The notes under the pieces are model-generated. The model was not told the DNA's origin. It was given only the letters and a program-made list of their open reading frames with translations, and did no database searches. The position numbers and the translations under genes are program-made. This document shows positions 19,296-29,225 of a stretch of 64,000 nt of DNA, piece after piece. The stretch comes from an uncultured virus (IMG/VR IMGVR_UViG_3300044542_000402). Lineage: Duplodnaviria > Heunggongvirae > Uroviricota > Caudoviricetes > Herelleviridae. Every line of letters starts with the position of its first letter. Within the stretch, counting starts at the first letter, position 1. The stretch is from the IMG/VR virus record IMGVR_UViG_3300044542_000402, one strand, 5' to 3'.

Positions 19296-19795
19296 GCACC
19301 ACCACCACCGACTTGACGAAGGACGCCACTGTGACCACCGCCACCGCCGAACCCGGAACCCGGCACCGGATGCACCTGTCCCGACTCATCCGCCGCGAGC
19401 GGACCGGCGACCGGAGGCGCTCCGTGGCCGGACTGGCCGCCGAGATGACGCTCATCCGCGTGGGCACCGTCGCGGCCGACGCCCTCGTGGCCCTGTTCAC
19501 CGCCACCTCCGTCCTGCCGGTGATCGGGGTCTGGCTGCGCACCCGGCTGCCCGCCGGAACCACCGTCGAGGGTCTCATCACCCTGTGGGGGGTTCCCTTC
19601 GGATTCCTCGCCGTGCTCATCGCGGTCGCCGAGATCGCCGGACTGCGGGGGCTCTGGCGCGCCGGCAGCCGGCGCATCGCCCGGCTGCGCGCCGGCAGGC
19701 GGGACGCGGTGACGACGACCACGACCGCGCAGACGGGCACGAGGACCACCACCACGAAGCGGGCACGGACCCGCACCCGCAGGACCGGCAAGTAA
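19292..19795 (+). CDS. Two-TM membrane protein
   Basis: ATG 19292 overlapping upstream stop; two hydrophobic helices, basic tail. Confidence 0.65.
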   Translation: MSTTTTDLTKDATVTTATAEPGTRHRMHLSRLIRRERTGDRRRSVAGLAAEMTLIRVGTVAADALVALFTATSVLPVIGVWLRTRLPAGTTVEGLITLWGVPFGFLAVLIAVAEIAGLRGLWRAGSRRIARLRAGRRDAVTTTTTAQTGTRTTTTKRARTRTRRTGK

Positions 19796-19805
19796 GGAGC
19801 ACATC

Positions 19806-20726
19806 ATGAAGATCGCAGGACTGTCCCTGTCGAGCCCGTGGGCCGCCGACATTCTCACCGCCCGCGGCGTGGAGGCCTCCCGCGTCTCCGACGTCGAGGC
19901 TGAGATCACCGCCCACGTCGAGCACGCCGACCTCGGCTATCACGGGCCCGGCCTCAACCACCGGCCCTACCTCCATCTGTCGGGCGAGCTGCGCGCGGCC
20001 CGCCCGCTGGCCGCCGCACTGCCCCACGAGGTCGACGGCGTCGTCTTCGCCCCCGGCGTCGGGGACCGTGTCGACGCCTACTACGAGTTCGACGACACCC
20101 AGCTCACCGCACTGGCCGCCAAGGGCTACTTCCGCTCCGGGTTCGCGGTGCCCGACGATCTCACGGACATCGACTGGGTGCTGCCCGCCCGCATCGACGC
20201 CCTCGTCGTGGCCCCCGATCCGGACAACCCGGTTCCGGTGACGTTCATCCGGGTCCACGACATCTCCGATCTGCACCTGGATCTGGAGAACAGCGGTTAC
20301 GACCTCGCCGAGTACTTCCACGACGCGCCGCAGGCCCAGGCACAGGACTCCCGGGGCGTCGTCGACGCGCTGGAGGCCGATGCAGCCGATCTCGTCGCCA
20401 CCGTGTCCGCACCCCGACCCGAGACGGCCCCGCAGGTTGTACAGGATGAGGAGGAGTCCGGGCTCGGCGATCCCGAGGTGGCCCGCCGCCTCGCCGAGAT
20501 CGCCGCCGATCTGGACGCCGGGCGGGTGCCCGGTCAGGATGAGGCCGATGCTCCGCAGGACGGTCCGGCGAACATCGACGGGAACGACGGTGGGTCCGAC
20601 GGGGGGACCGAGTCCGAGCAGGCCCCGGTGCAGCGCTCGGTGCCGCGTCGTGCCGCGTCTCCGGCGACCGATCCGGACCTGGAGCTCGATGATCCGGACA
20701 CCGGCGACATCGAGCCCGAGTTCTGA
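19806..20726 (+). CDS. Acidic hypothetical protein
   Basis: AAGGAG RBS; globular N-half, acidic C-tail ending DIEPEF. Confidence 0.75.
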   Translation: MKIAGLSLSSPWAADILTARGVEASRVSDVEAEITAHVEHADLGYHGPGLNHRPYLHLSGELRAARPLAAALPHEVDGVVFAPGVGDRVDAYYEFDDTQLTALAAKGYFRSGFAVPDDLTDIDWVLPARIDALVVAPDPDNPVPVTFIRVHDISDLHLDLENSGYDLAEYFHDAPQAQAQDSRGVVDALEADAADLVATVSAPRPETAPQVVQDEEESGLGDPEVARRLAEIAADLDAGRVPGQDEADAPQDGPANIDGNDGGSDGGTESEQAPVQRSVPRRAASPATDPDLELDDPDTGDIEPEF

Positions 20727-20739
20727 TCCGATCACCGCG

Positions 20740-20779
20740 ACGAGTGATCCCGGTGAGGTCCCTCACCGGGATCACTCGT
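20740..20779. repeat. 19-bp perfect inverted repeat directly upstream of relaxase (terminator or oriT part)
   Basis: ACGAGTGATCCCGGTGAGG-TC-CCTCACCGGGATCACTCGT. Confidence 0.85.
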
Positions 20780-20806
20780 TCAGCACCAGTGGAAGGGTGA
20801 GCCGCT

Positions 20807-23065
20807 ATGGCCGATCTCAAGTCCAGCATCGTCATCGTCAACGAGTTCTCCGTGCCGAAACCCGGCGGCAGGGGGTCGCGCGGATCCACCCCGGGGGCTT
20901 ATGTCACCCGCTACATGGCCCGTGACGACGCCACTGAGACCCTCGCCCCGGTCCGATACCATCGCACCGACGACTTCATCACCCGTTACATGGCCCGCGC
21001 CTCCGCCACCGAGACGGCCCTCACCCCCGCCCAGCTGCAGAAGGGCCTGCAGCCCACCGGGCTGGGCGGCATCGCCTTCGGCTACGGGTCGATGTCCCTG
21101 TCCCACGACCAGGTGCGGGCCGCTGCGCACGATATCCAGCACCTCTTCGAGTCGGGCCACACCGTCATGAAGACCGTCATGAGTTTCGACGAGGAGTACC
21201 TGCGCACCCACCACCTCATCGACCCCGACTTCCACCTCGTCCACCGGGGGGACTACCGGGGCCACGTCGACCAGATGAAGCTGCGGATGGCCGTGTCCGC
21301 CGGGATGGCCCGGATGTCCCACGCGGGGTTCGACGATCTGAGATGGATCGGGGTCGCGCAGTTCGACACACGCCATGTCCATGTCCATCTGGCCATGGTC
21401 GACGCCGGGGTCGGCCGTCTCATGCCCGACGGCACCCAGCGCGGCAAGCTCCTCGACGTCCACCGGTCACGACTGCGACGGGGCACCGACGCCTTTCTGG
21501 ACGCCAAGTCCAGGGTCGCCCGGCTGTCGGCGGCTTTCGGCTACGAGCGGCGCAACGTCGTCTCCTATGTCAAGCGCTGGGCCCACGAGACGATGGCCAC
21601 TGAGTCCCTGCCCCAGTTCCTGGTCGCCTGCCTGCCCGCCGACAAGCGCCTGTGGCGCGCCGGCTCCCATCACCGGGAGATGCGCAAGGCCGACGCGCTG
21701 GCCCACGACCTCGTCGAACAGGTGCTGGCCCGGCCGGGCTCGCCCATGCCCGCCGCTATGGAGCGGGTCCATGCCTACGCTGACCACCGCCGTGATGCCG
21801 AGGGGCTGTCGTCCCGGCAGTGGTCGAGGCTCGTGGAGCGCGGGCGCGCCGACATCGTGGACCGCGGTGTCAACGGCGTCTACCGGATGATCGCCACCCT
21901 GCCCCCCGATGAGCTGCGGGTGCGCACCCCGATGCTCGATCTCATGAGCACCGACTACCAGCGCCTGGCCGCCCGCACCGGTGCCCGTCACGAGACCGAT
22001 GACGCCGATGACGAGCTCATGGCTTTCGGCATGCGGCTGCGCACCTACGGCTCCCGGCTGCGTCACCATCGCCAGAAGGCCCACGAGTACCGCGAGGCGG
22101 CCCGGGAGTGGGACCGTGCCGACGCCGCCGGCGTCGCCCGGCCCGAGTCGCGTCCCCTGTTCGATCTCTACCGGTTCGAGGAGGAGTATCACGCCGGGCT
22201 GGTGGCCAAGTACCGCCATTTCCTGCCCGTCCTCGGTGCGCTGGACGACTGGCGTCCCCGTATCGAGGCGGCCGCCGATCACGGTCGTGACCTGGTCGGG
22301 CTCATCGAACTGCGGGGCGACACGTCCCTGGGGGCCATGAAGGATCCTGACGTCGCCGAGACCATCGGCCGTCAGGTGTACGGCCGGCCCGGTGGTGCGC
22401 TGCTGACCCGGGGCGCGGCGGGCCGTGCCGTCCTCGACGACCGGATCACCAGGATGCGCGCGTCCCACCGGCGGATGATCACCGACATGGCCGCCGACAT
22501 GGCCGCCGACGGCCTGGTGCTGCGCCCGGCGCGCGACCCGGACGCCGAGGGGCTCATCGCCGTCCTCGACGAGAACGGTGAACCGGCGAGCCCCCTGGAG
22601 GCCGTCGCCGATGACAGTCGAGACTTCTCCCGGGTCCGCGGCCTGGATCTGCATCACATGGGCTACGACTTCTTCTCCGACGTCGAGATCGCCGACGCAG
22701 TCGCCGATCGTTTCACTGCCACGACGCGCCGCCGGCGGGCACTGCTCACCGCCGCCATGGATTATCTGGAGGCCTCCGGGCAGTCCGGAGCCATCGGCAC
22801 CCTGCCGGTCGACGACATCGCCGAGATGGTGCGCTTCGACACCGCCATGGAGGCCCGGCGGCGGCGGACCGGCCGTCCGGTCCTGCTCAGCCGGTTCGCC
22901 GAGCTGCGCGCCGGTGAACAGGCCGACGCCCCGGTCCACCGGCTCGCCGCCACGCCCCTGGACGAGGGGCTGGAGGTGGCGCTGCGCCGGGGCATCGAGG
23001 ACAGTGTGACCCATGAGCCCGAGGACGAGGACGTCGATGAGCCTCGTGGGGAGATTTCAGCGTGA
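20807..23065 (+). CDS. HUH relaxase, MOB_L-like
   Basis: YVTRYMARDDA (candidate catalytic Tyr), VMSFDEEYL, QFDTRHVHVHLAMVD HUH motif. Confidence 0.78.
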   Translation: MADLKSSIVIVNEFSVPKPGGRGSRGSTPGAYVTRYMARDDATETLAPVRYHRTDDFITRYMARASATETALTPAQLQKGLQPTGLGGIAFGYGSMSLSHDQVRAAAHDIQHLFESGHTVMKTVMSFDEEYLRTHHLIDPDFHLVHRGDYRGHVDQMKLRMAVSAGMARMSHAGFDDLRWIGVAQFDTRHVHVHLAMVDAGVGRLMPDGTQRGKLLDVHRSRLRRGTDAFLDAKSRVARLSAAFGYERRNVVSYVKRWAHETMATESLPQFLVACLPADKRLWRAGSHHREMRKADALAHDLVEQVLARPGSPMPAAMERVHAYADHRRDAEGLSSRQWSRLVERGRADIVDRGVNGVYRMIATLPPDELRVRTPMLDLMSTDYQRLAARTGARHETDDADDELMAFGMRLRTYGSRLRHHRQKAHEYREAAREWDRADAAGVARPESRPLFDLYRFEEEYHAGLVAKYRHFLPVLGALDDWRPRIEAAADHGRDLVGLIELRGDTSLGAMKDPDVAETIGRQVYGRPGGALLTRGAAGRAVLDDRITRMRASHRRMITDMAADMAADGLVLRPARDPDAEGLIAVLDENGEPASPLEAVADDSRDFSRVRGLDLHHMGYDFFSDVEIADAVADRFTATTRRRRALLTAAMDYLEASGQSGAIGTLPVDDIAEMVRFDTAMEARRRRTGRPVLLSRFAELRAGEQADAPVHRLAATPLDEGLEVALRRGIEDSVTHEPEDEDVDEPRGEISA

Positions 23066-24078
23066 ACCACCGGCAGCGGTTGCAGAAGATCATTCTTGAG
23101 AACTCTGCCGCCGACGGTTGGGAGGAGGCCAGGGTCGAATGGACGATTGAGCCGCGGGCTCTCGATCTCGGCGAGGATTCCTTCCGGGACGCTCACGTGT
23201 CGTGCATCTGCGGCTACGAGCCCTTGCGCTATCTCTTCACCGCCGTCAACACCGTCACCGGCGTTGATCTTCGCCCGATCGGTAGTCAGTGCATCGGTGA
23301 GATCGACGTTCTGCTGAAACGCCGGGCCGAGCACATGAGGCGTGTGATGGGCACCGCACTGGATCGGCGTCGCCAGGATCGTCTTGACGCCGCGCTGGCC
23401 GCCGATCGCCGGGCGGTCGATGAGGCCGAGGCCCTGGTGCGGGACCGGGCGGCCGATCTGGACGAGATCCAGCATGTCGCCGACCTCTATGACCTGGTCA
23501 CGGTCCGCCATCCCGATCTATTCTGGTCCGGGAGGGCGCTGGACGACATGATGGCCGTTCTGTCCCCATCCGTGATACGACGACTGGCCGATGTCGGCGC
23601 ACTGCCGCCGAGCCGGTACAACTACAACGATCCGGGTCGGGACGCGGACTTTCTGATTCAGACGGGCCGGCAGGTGGTCGCGTTCGGTCATGACTGCCTC
23701 ACCGATGCCCAGCAGAACAAGGCCGGCGTACTGTCGGGTGAGATCGCCCGGTGGTGCTGGCAGCAGACTGCCCGGGCTCTGAACGAGGGTCGGCCCGCGC
23801 CCCGTATGACGTGGGCCGCCCGGGCCGTGGCGCAGAGGTTCACGCTGATCGATTTGCGCGACTGCCTCGCCGCGCTGCGGGCGCGTACCGATCGGCGCGC
23901 CGCAGAACTCACCGCCGCGATCAAACGGGAGGATTCGGCCGATTACCCCGTCCGGACCACCTTCGAGGGCGAGGTACTGGGTCACCTGGAGACCGGTGTG
24001 TCACCTGATTTGGATGCCGATGATCAGACTGAGGACATCGATGAGCTCTCCGGGGAGGATCCGGAGCAGGGCCTGTGA
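23062..24078 (+). CDS. Hypothetical protein with CxC...GxxCI metal-binding motif
   Basis: GTGA-coupled to relaxase; CICG...IGSQCI. Confidence 0.65.
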   Translation: MNHRQRLQKIILENSAADGWEEARVEWTIEPRALDLGEDSFRDAHVSCICGYEPLRYLFTAVNTVTGVDLRPIGSQCIGEIDVLLKRRAEHMRRVMGTALDRRRQDRLDAALAADRRAVDEAEALVRDRAADLDEIQHVADLYDLVTVRHPDLFWSGRALDDMMAVLSPSVIRRLADVGALPPSRYNYNDPGRDADFLIQTGRQVVAFGHDCLTDAQQNKAGVLSGEIARWCWQQTARALNEGRPAPRMTWAARAVAQRFTLIDLRDCLAALRARTDRRAAELTAAIKREDSADYPVRTTFEGEVLGHLETGVSPDLDADDQTEDIDELSGEDPEQGL

Positions 24079-24303
24079 CATGCGACGAACGGCCCGGTGG
24101 ATGATGATCCACCGGGCCGTTCGTCATCCTCGTCGACATGGACCATCCGGATCGTTGCGCCCCGGGCGAACGAATGCTTGAGGAATGATCCATCTATAGG
24201 TTATAGTAGGTTCATCCACATCGGAGGGCGAATGCCTCCCCGGATGGATGCCATACAGCGGCGCGGTTCACAAGGAACCGCCCACCGGATCGAGGAGCAC
24301 CTC

Positions 24304-24885
24304 ATGTCCTACATCTTCCGCGGACAGGGTTCGAAGAAGAACGTCAACCTGCTGGCCCGCGTCTACGACTCCAACGTCACCAAGGACGGGAGTGTCCACT
24401 TCATCGACGTCCAGATCGATCACCGCGACGCCGAGCACGTCACGGGCGATCCCCAGAACGATCGGGATCTCCACCTGTCCAGCGTGAGGGACAAGGGGTC
24501 CAAGAGCGGCTGGAATCACAACGCGCCCTATCAGCAGAGCCAGCTCGACAAGATCGTGGAGAGTGCCGGGCCCAACAATCGCCCCATCCTCAACCAGGAC
24601 GGCGAGAAGATCGGCACCGACTACACCGTCAAGGCCAATGTCATGCCGGGCCGGGCCAAGTACTCCCACATCATCAACACCAAGACTGTGGGCCAGTCGG
24701 ACTTCCAGATGGACGATGACACCGTCCAGGGTCAGTACGACACCATGCACAACGCCAAGGAGGCCATCAAGGCCGCTCAGGCGGCCAAGGCGGCCGAGGC
24801 CAAGGCCGCCCCGGCCGCGGAGGCCGAGGTGGAGGCCGAGCCCGAGGTCGCGGCCGAGGAGGAGGAGCTGGAGGCCGGCGTCTGA
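24304..24885 (+). CDS. Hypothetical protein, beta-rich with Ala/Glu tail, likely highly expressed
   Basis: GAGGAG RBS before ATG 24304; strong codon bias; followed by terminator. Confidence 0.75.
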   Translation: MSYIFRGQGSKKNVNLLARVYDSNVTKDGSVHFIDVQIDHRDAEHVTGDPQNDRDLHLSSVRDKGSKSGWNHNAPYQQSQLDKIVESAGPNNRPILNQDGEKIGTDYTVKANVMPGRAKYSHIINTKTVGQSDFQMDDDTVQGQYDTMHNAKEAIKAAQAAKAAEAKAAPAAEAEVEAEPEVAAEEEELEAGV

Positions 24886-24906
24886 TCCCATCCCTGCCGC
24901 CCCCAC

Positions 24907-24945
24907 CGGAACGACCCCCGGATTATCGATCCGGGGGTCGTTCCG
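24907..24945 (+). terminator. Terminator hairpin
   Basis: 17-bp stem CGGAACGACCCCCGGAT/ATCCGGGGGTCGTTCCG. Confidence 0.75.
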
Positions 24946-25036
24946 CGTCCGGGGATCGTTCATCGGGTCGATGATCCGGATCGTGATTACTGATAGACTT
25001 CTGACTGGTATTCCAGACCAATCGAAAGGATCGGAC

Positions 25037-26839
25037 ATGGCCGTGGATCAGATGGTCGATGACACCGGGACCGCCGATGCCATCGACCCTGTCGTCTACC
25101 CCCAGCTGGCCTCCCTGGCAGCGCCGCTGGCCCGCCCCGAACGCGAGATCGTGGGCCGGGAGCACGAGATCGACACCCTGCTGGCCTCCATGGACCGTCC
25201 TGAACTCTGCAACGCCGTGCTCATCGCCGAGCCGGGGTCCGGCAAGACGGCGCTCGTCCAGGCCACCATGCTGGCTGATCCCGACCGGCGCTACCTGGAG
25301 GTCGACCCGGCCCGGATGATGGCCGAGGCCGGGTCCCCCGAGATCATGGCCAGCCTCCTCAAGGACCTCTTCGACGAGGCCGAGCGCTATGTCCTGGCCG
25401 AGGGCCGTCAGCTCGTCATGTTCATCGACGAGTTCCATCAGATCGTCCAGCTCTCCGGGGCCGCGGTGGAGGCCATCAAGCCCATCCTCGCCGCCTCCGG
25501 GGCCCGCGGCATCCGGGTCATCGCCGCCACGACCTTCGACGAGTTCCACAAGTACATCAGCCCCAACCAGCCACTGGTCGAGCGCCTGCAGCGCATCAAC
25601 CTCGCCCCGCCCGACGAGGCCGCCACCGTGCGCATCCTGCGCGGCATGGCCGAGCGCTACGGGGTCGCCGACCAGTTCCCCGACGACCGGCTGTTCCAGC
25701 TCATCTACGCCGACACCGAGCGCTTCCAGCCCGCCAGCGTCCAGCCCCGCAAGTCGATCCTCGTGCTGGACGCCATGGTCGGCTGGCACCGTCACAGCGG
25801 GGTCCGTATCGACCGGGCCCTGCTCTCCCGGGTTCTCGAGGAGTCGGTGGGCGTCAATGTCGCCATGACGGTCGACGGTGCGGGCATCAAGACCGAGCTG
25901 GACAGGAGGGTCATCGCCCAGGATCTGGCCACCAGTGTGTTGAGCCGCCGGCTCCAGTTGTCGGTGGCCGATCTCAACAATCCGGGCCGTCCCCAGGCGA
26001 GCTTGTTGTTCGCGGGGTCCTCGGGGGTCGGCAAGACCGAGACCACCAAGCAGCTGGCCCGGCTCATGTTCGGCGACGACCAGCGCCATCTCATCCGCAT
26101 GGACATGACCGAGTTCAGCGAGGACGCCAGCCTGCAGACCTTCCGCTCCGTTCTCACCCAGGCCGTGTGGAACACGCCCTACGCCGTCGTCCTGCTCGAT
26201 GAGGTCGAGAAGGCCAGTGCTCTGGTCACCCGCCTGCTTCTGCAGGTCCTCGACGACGGCCGGTTGTCCGACGACAACGGTCGCGAGGTCTCCTTCCTCA
26301 ACACCTACATCGTCATGACCACCAACGCCGGCAGCGAGATCTTCGCCACCATCGCTGACTACGAGGCCAGCGACACCGGCTCGGGCGAGAACCTCGCCGA
26401 CTACGACAAGCTCATCCGCACCTCGCTCACCGAGACCACCGGCGAGAACCGGTTCCCACCCGAGCTGCTGGGCCGCGTCGACGCCATCGTGCCCTTCCAG
26501 CCGCTGTCGCCAGCCACCCAGAAGAAGATCGTCACCGGCAAGGTGCAGGCCCTCATCAACACCGTGCTCGTCAAGCACGGCGTGCGGGTGCGGGTCTCCC
26601 CCCGGGTCATCGACTATCTCATCGAGGACAAGGGCGACACCGACTCCAACGCCGGCGGCGCACGCGCCGCGGTGGCCCGGCTCACCAGCGATGTCACCAC
26701 CGAGATCGCCGTCCATCTCAACCAGCACCCCGCAGACCGCGACATCCGTGTCGACGTGGCCGGGGAACTGGTGAGCAGCAACAAGACGCTGCGGACCTCC
26801 GACGCCCACATCGTCGTCGCCCCCACGGCGTCCCGATGA
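25037..26839 (+). CDS. ClpA/ClpB-like double AAA+ ATPase (600 aa)
   Basis: GREHEI, AEPGSGKT, MFIDEFH, IAATT; GSSGVGKTE, RMDMTEF, LLDEVEKA, LLQVLDDGRL, FPPELLGRVD. Confidence 0.92.
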   Translation: MAVDQMVDDTGTADAIDPVVYPQLASLAAPLARPEREIVGREHEIDTLLASMDRPELCNAVLIAEPGSGKTALVQATMLADPDRRYLEVDPARMMAEAGSPEIMASLLKDLFDEAERYVLAEGRQLVMFIDEFHQIVQLSGAAVEAIKPILAASGARGIRVIAATTFDEFHKYISPNQPLVERLQRINLAPPDEAATVRILRGMAERYGVADQFPDDRLFQLIYADTERFQPASVQPRKSILVLDAMVGWHRHSGVRIDRALLSRVLEESVGVNVAMTVDGAGIKTELDRRVIAQDLATSVLSRRLQLSVADLNNPGRPQASLLFAGSSGVGKTETTKQLARLMFGDDQRHLIRMDMTEFSEDASLQTFRSVLTQAVWNTPYAVVLLDEVEKASALVTRLLLQVLDDGRLSDDNGREVSFLNTYIVMTTNAGSEIFATIADYEASDTGSGENLADYDKLIRTSLTETTGENRFPPELLGRVDAIVPFQPLSPATQKKIVTGKVQALINTVLVKHGVRVRVSPRVIDYLIEDKGDTDSNAGGARAAVARLTSDVTTEIAVHLNQHPADRDIRVDVAGELVSSNKTLRTSDAHIVVAPTASR

Positions 26840-26958
26840 ATCGTCATCCGGATCATCATCTGCTTGTTGCATCCGATGATGATCTCAGAGTATCTTCATA
26901 TATGAGAACAATCGTGAGACCAATCGCGTATCGGATCGACTGAAGGGACGCCCGCGCC

Positions 26959-29088
26959 ATGGCTTTCGGTAAGAAGAAGAAGGACCGGTCGGCACCCGCC
27001 ACCGAATCCGCGTCGACCCCTGCGCCGCGTCGACGCCGCGACGAGCACCTCGCCTCGGTCGTGCCCGAGACCACCACTTCGGCCGCCATCGATCTCATGC
27101 GCACCGCCGATCGCTTCGCCCTGCCCGGCGGGACGGCCTGGGCGGTGCCGCTGCTCGCCGCCTCCGACATCGGCGGGCTGTCCAAGAAGGACAACCGTGA
27201 TCCCGACAAGGGCTCGATCATCGAGGACATCTCCGGCGACCGGATCGCCACCGTGGCGACCCCCGACATGCTCGAGGCCGAGATCTTCGGCATCATCCCC
27301 ACGACCGACACCCTGGCCACCGTCAGCGAGTACATCCTGCTCACCGGCGCGTCCTACACGTGGGCCGTGGTCACCGCCCGCCCCGGCGGCGGGCTGAGCC
27401 TGGACACCGGGGCGACCGCCCGGACCACCGGTTTCAAGGACATCGCCGCGATCGCCGGCGGCAACGCCGTGCTGGCCGACGCCCTGGGATCCGAGCTGTG
27501 GTCGCACTACGCCGTCACCCAGACCCCCGGCCAGTCGTCCGAGGCCCCTGTGGAGACCGATGTGCTCGACTCCGAGCCCACCGACACTGTCTCTGACACC
27601 ACTTCCGAGTCCTCCGATGCGACTGCGGTCAACCCCATCGTCCCCGACTTCGACGAGGGCGGTCCCGCCTCCCCGGACTCTCCCGATTTCGAGGGCGAGT
27701 CAGCCGGGACCGGTGACGCCGTCGAGCCCGATGAGGAACTGGAGCCCGATCTCGACGACGTCTACGACGAGCCCTACGACACCGAGCTTCTCGACGACGG
27801 TGAGGACGCCGACTGGGTCTCCGTCGATGACGAGGACGATCAGACGATGAGCGCCGAGGAGTTCGAGAACGCGCCCCTGGACGCCGACGGCGCAACCGTC
27901 AACTCCACCGTCGTGCGCCGCTTCGCCCCCGACGACCTGGACCTGGAACTGGACGTGGCGGGCTTCCGCACCGCCTACAGCATCGGGAGCCCCAGTGTGG
28001 AGATCGCGGTGCCCGACGACGTGTCGGGGTGGCTCGGCGATCAGATCGCCGTCCTCGTCCGTCAGGCCAATGCCGAGCTCGCCGAGCTCCACACCTCGGG
28101 CGAGGCCGGGCTGCAGGCGCTCTACACCGAGCTCATGAGCACCCACATCGACCATGTGGTGGCCGATGTCTCCCTCACCGACGATGACGGGGCCTACAAG
28201 CCGATCGCCGAGGCGATCCTGGCCGATCGTGACAAGCGCAACGCCGCCAAGGAGGAGGTCATCGTCGCCCGGCGCGACAGGATCGTCGCCGATTTCGAGG
28301 CCGCTGCCAAGAAGTTCGCCGCCGATGCCGCCACCGAGGCCGAGGCCCGTTACCGGTCCCGTCACGACGCCGACCTGCGCCGCGATCAGGCCGAGGCCGC
28401 CGCCGAGATCGACGCCTCCATCGAGACGACCTACCACCGGGCCCGGGCCGCCATGCTGGAGGCCCGCCGGCGCGACGCCTTCACCCGTCTGGAGCGGGGC
28501 CAGACCCGCATCTTCGAGATCATCGGGGAGCATCAGGCCGATCAGCTGTCCCGCGAGCAGGCGGCCCTTCACGACTGGACGGCGCGCATCGACAAGCTCG
28601 TCGCCGATCACCGCGCTGACGATATCGATCGCACCAAGGCCCTGGAGCGTGAGCAGGCCACCGTCAACAAGATCGCCGATCTCAAGACCGAGCAGGAGGC
28701 CACGCTCGCCGCGATCCGTGCCGACGCCGATCACCGCATCGCCGAGGTCAACGCCGAGCTCGACCGGGCCCACGCCGAGGCCGAGACCCGGCTGGCCGCC
28801 CACGAGTCCGAGTGGAACCACAACCTGGAGCTCGAGCGGGCGCGCACCGCCTCGGCCGACAGCCGCGCCGATAACCTCAAGGCACAGATCGGCGACCTGG
28901 AGGAGTCCTACCGGCGGCGCGACGAGGAGCATACCGCCGAGGTCGAGCGGACCAGGGCCGCCGCCCACGAGGAGGCCGTGCACAGTCACGAGCTCCAGAC
29001 GCGGGCCACCCGGGTGCTCACCAGCCTCATCATCGCCCTCTCCCTGTTCTTCGGGATGGCGGGCTTCATCGTCGGCTCCGTGTGGTGA
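26959..29088 (+). CDS. Acidic/coiled-coil protein with C-terminal membrane anchor
   Basis: D/E-rich linker, long helical region, terminal TM helix. Confidence 0.75.
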   Translation: MAFGKKKKDRSAPATESASTPAPRRRRDEHLASVVPETTTSAAIDLMRTADRFALPGGTAWAVPLLAASDIGGLSKKDNRDPDKGSIIEDISGDRIATVATPDMLEAEIFGIIPTTDTLATVSEYILLTGASYTWAVVTARPGGGLSLDTGATARTTGFKDIAAIAGGNAVLADALGSELWSHYAVTQTPGQSSEAPVETDVLDSEPTDTVSDTTSESSDATAVNPIVPDFDEGGPASPDSPDFEGESAGTGDAVEPDEELEPDLDDVYDEPYDTELLDDGEDADWVSVDDEDDQTMSAEEFENAPLDADGATVNSTVVRRFAPDDLDLELDVAGFRTAYSIGSPSVEIAVPDDVSGWLGDQIAVLVRQANAELAELHTSGEAGLQALYTELMSTHIDHVVADVSLTDDDGAYKPIAEAILADRDKRNAAKEEVIVARRDRIVADFEAAAKKFAADAATEAEARYRSRHDADLRRDQAEAAAEIDASIETTYHRARAAMLEARRRDAFTRLERGQTRIFEIIGEHQADQLSREQAALHDWTARIDKLVADHRADDIDRTKALEREQATVNKIADLKTEQEATLAAIRADADHRIAEVNAELDRAHAEAETRLAAHESEWNHNLELERARTASADSRADNLKAQIGDLEESYRRRDEEHTAEVERTRAAAHEEAVHSHELQTRATRVLTSLIIALSLFFGMAGFIVGSVW

Positions 29089-29109
29089 GCCGGCGCTGAG
29101 CACTCCGGA

Positions 29110-29141
29110 TCAGAGCGGGGGTCCCCGGACCCCCGCTCTGA
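29110..29141 (+). terminator. Terminator hairpin
   Basis: TCAGAGCGGGGGTCC/GGACCCCCGCTCTGA. Confidence 0.7.
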
Positions 29142-29225
29142 GTCGTATCAGGATCACCACGAACAGGACCGACATGACTGACAGCGCACGAGGAACATCA
29201 CGATCCGGCACGGACAAGGACTGAC

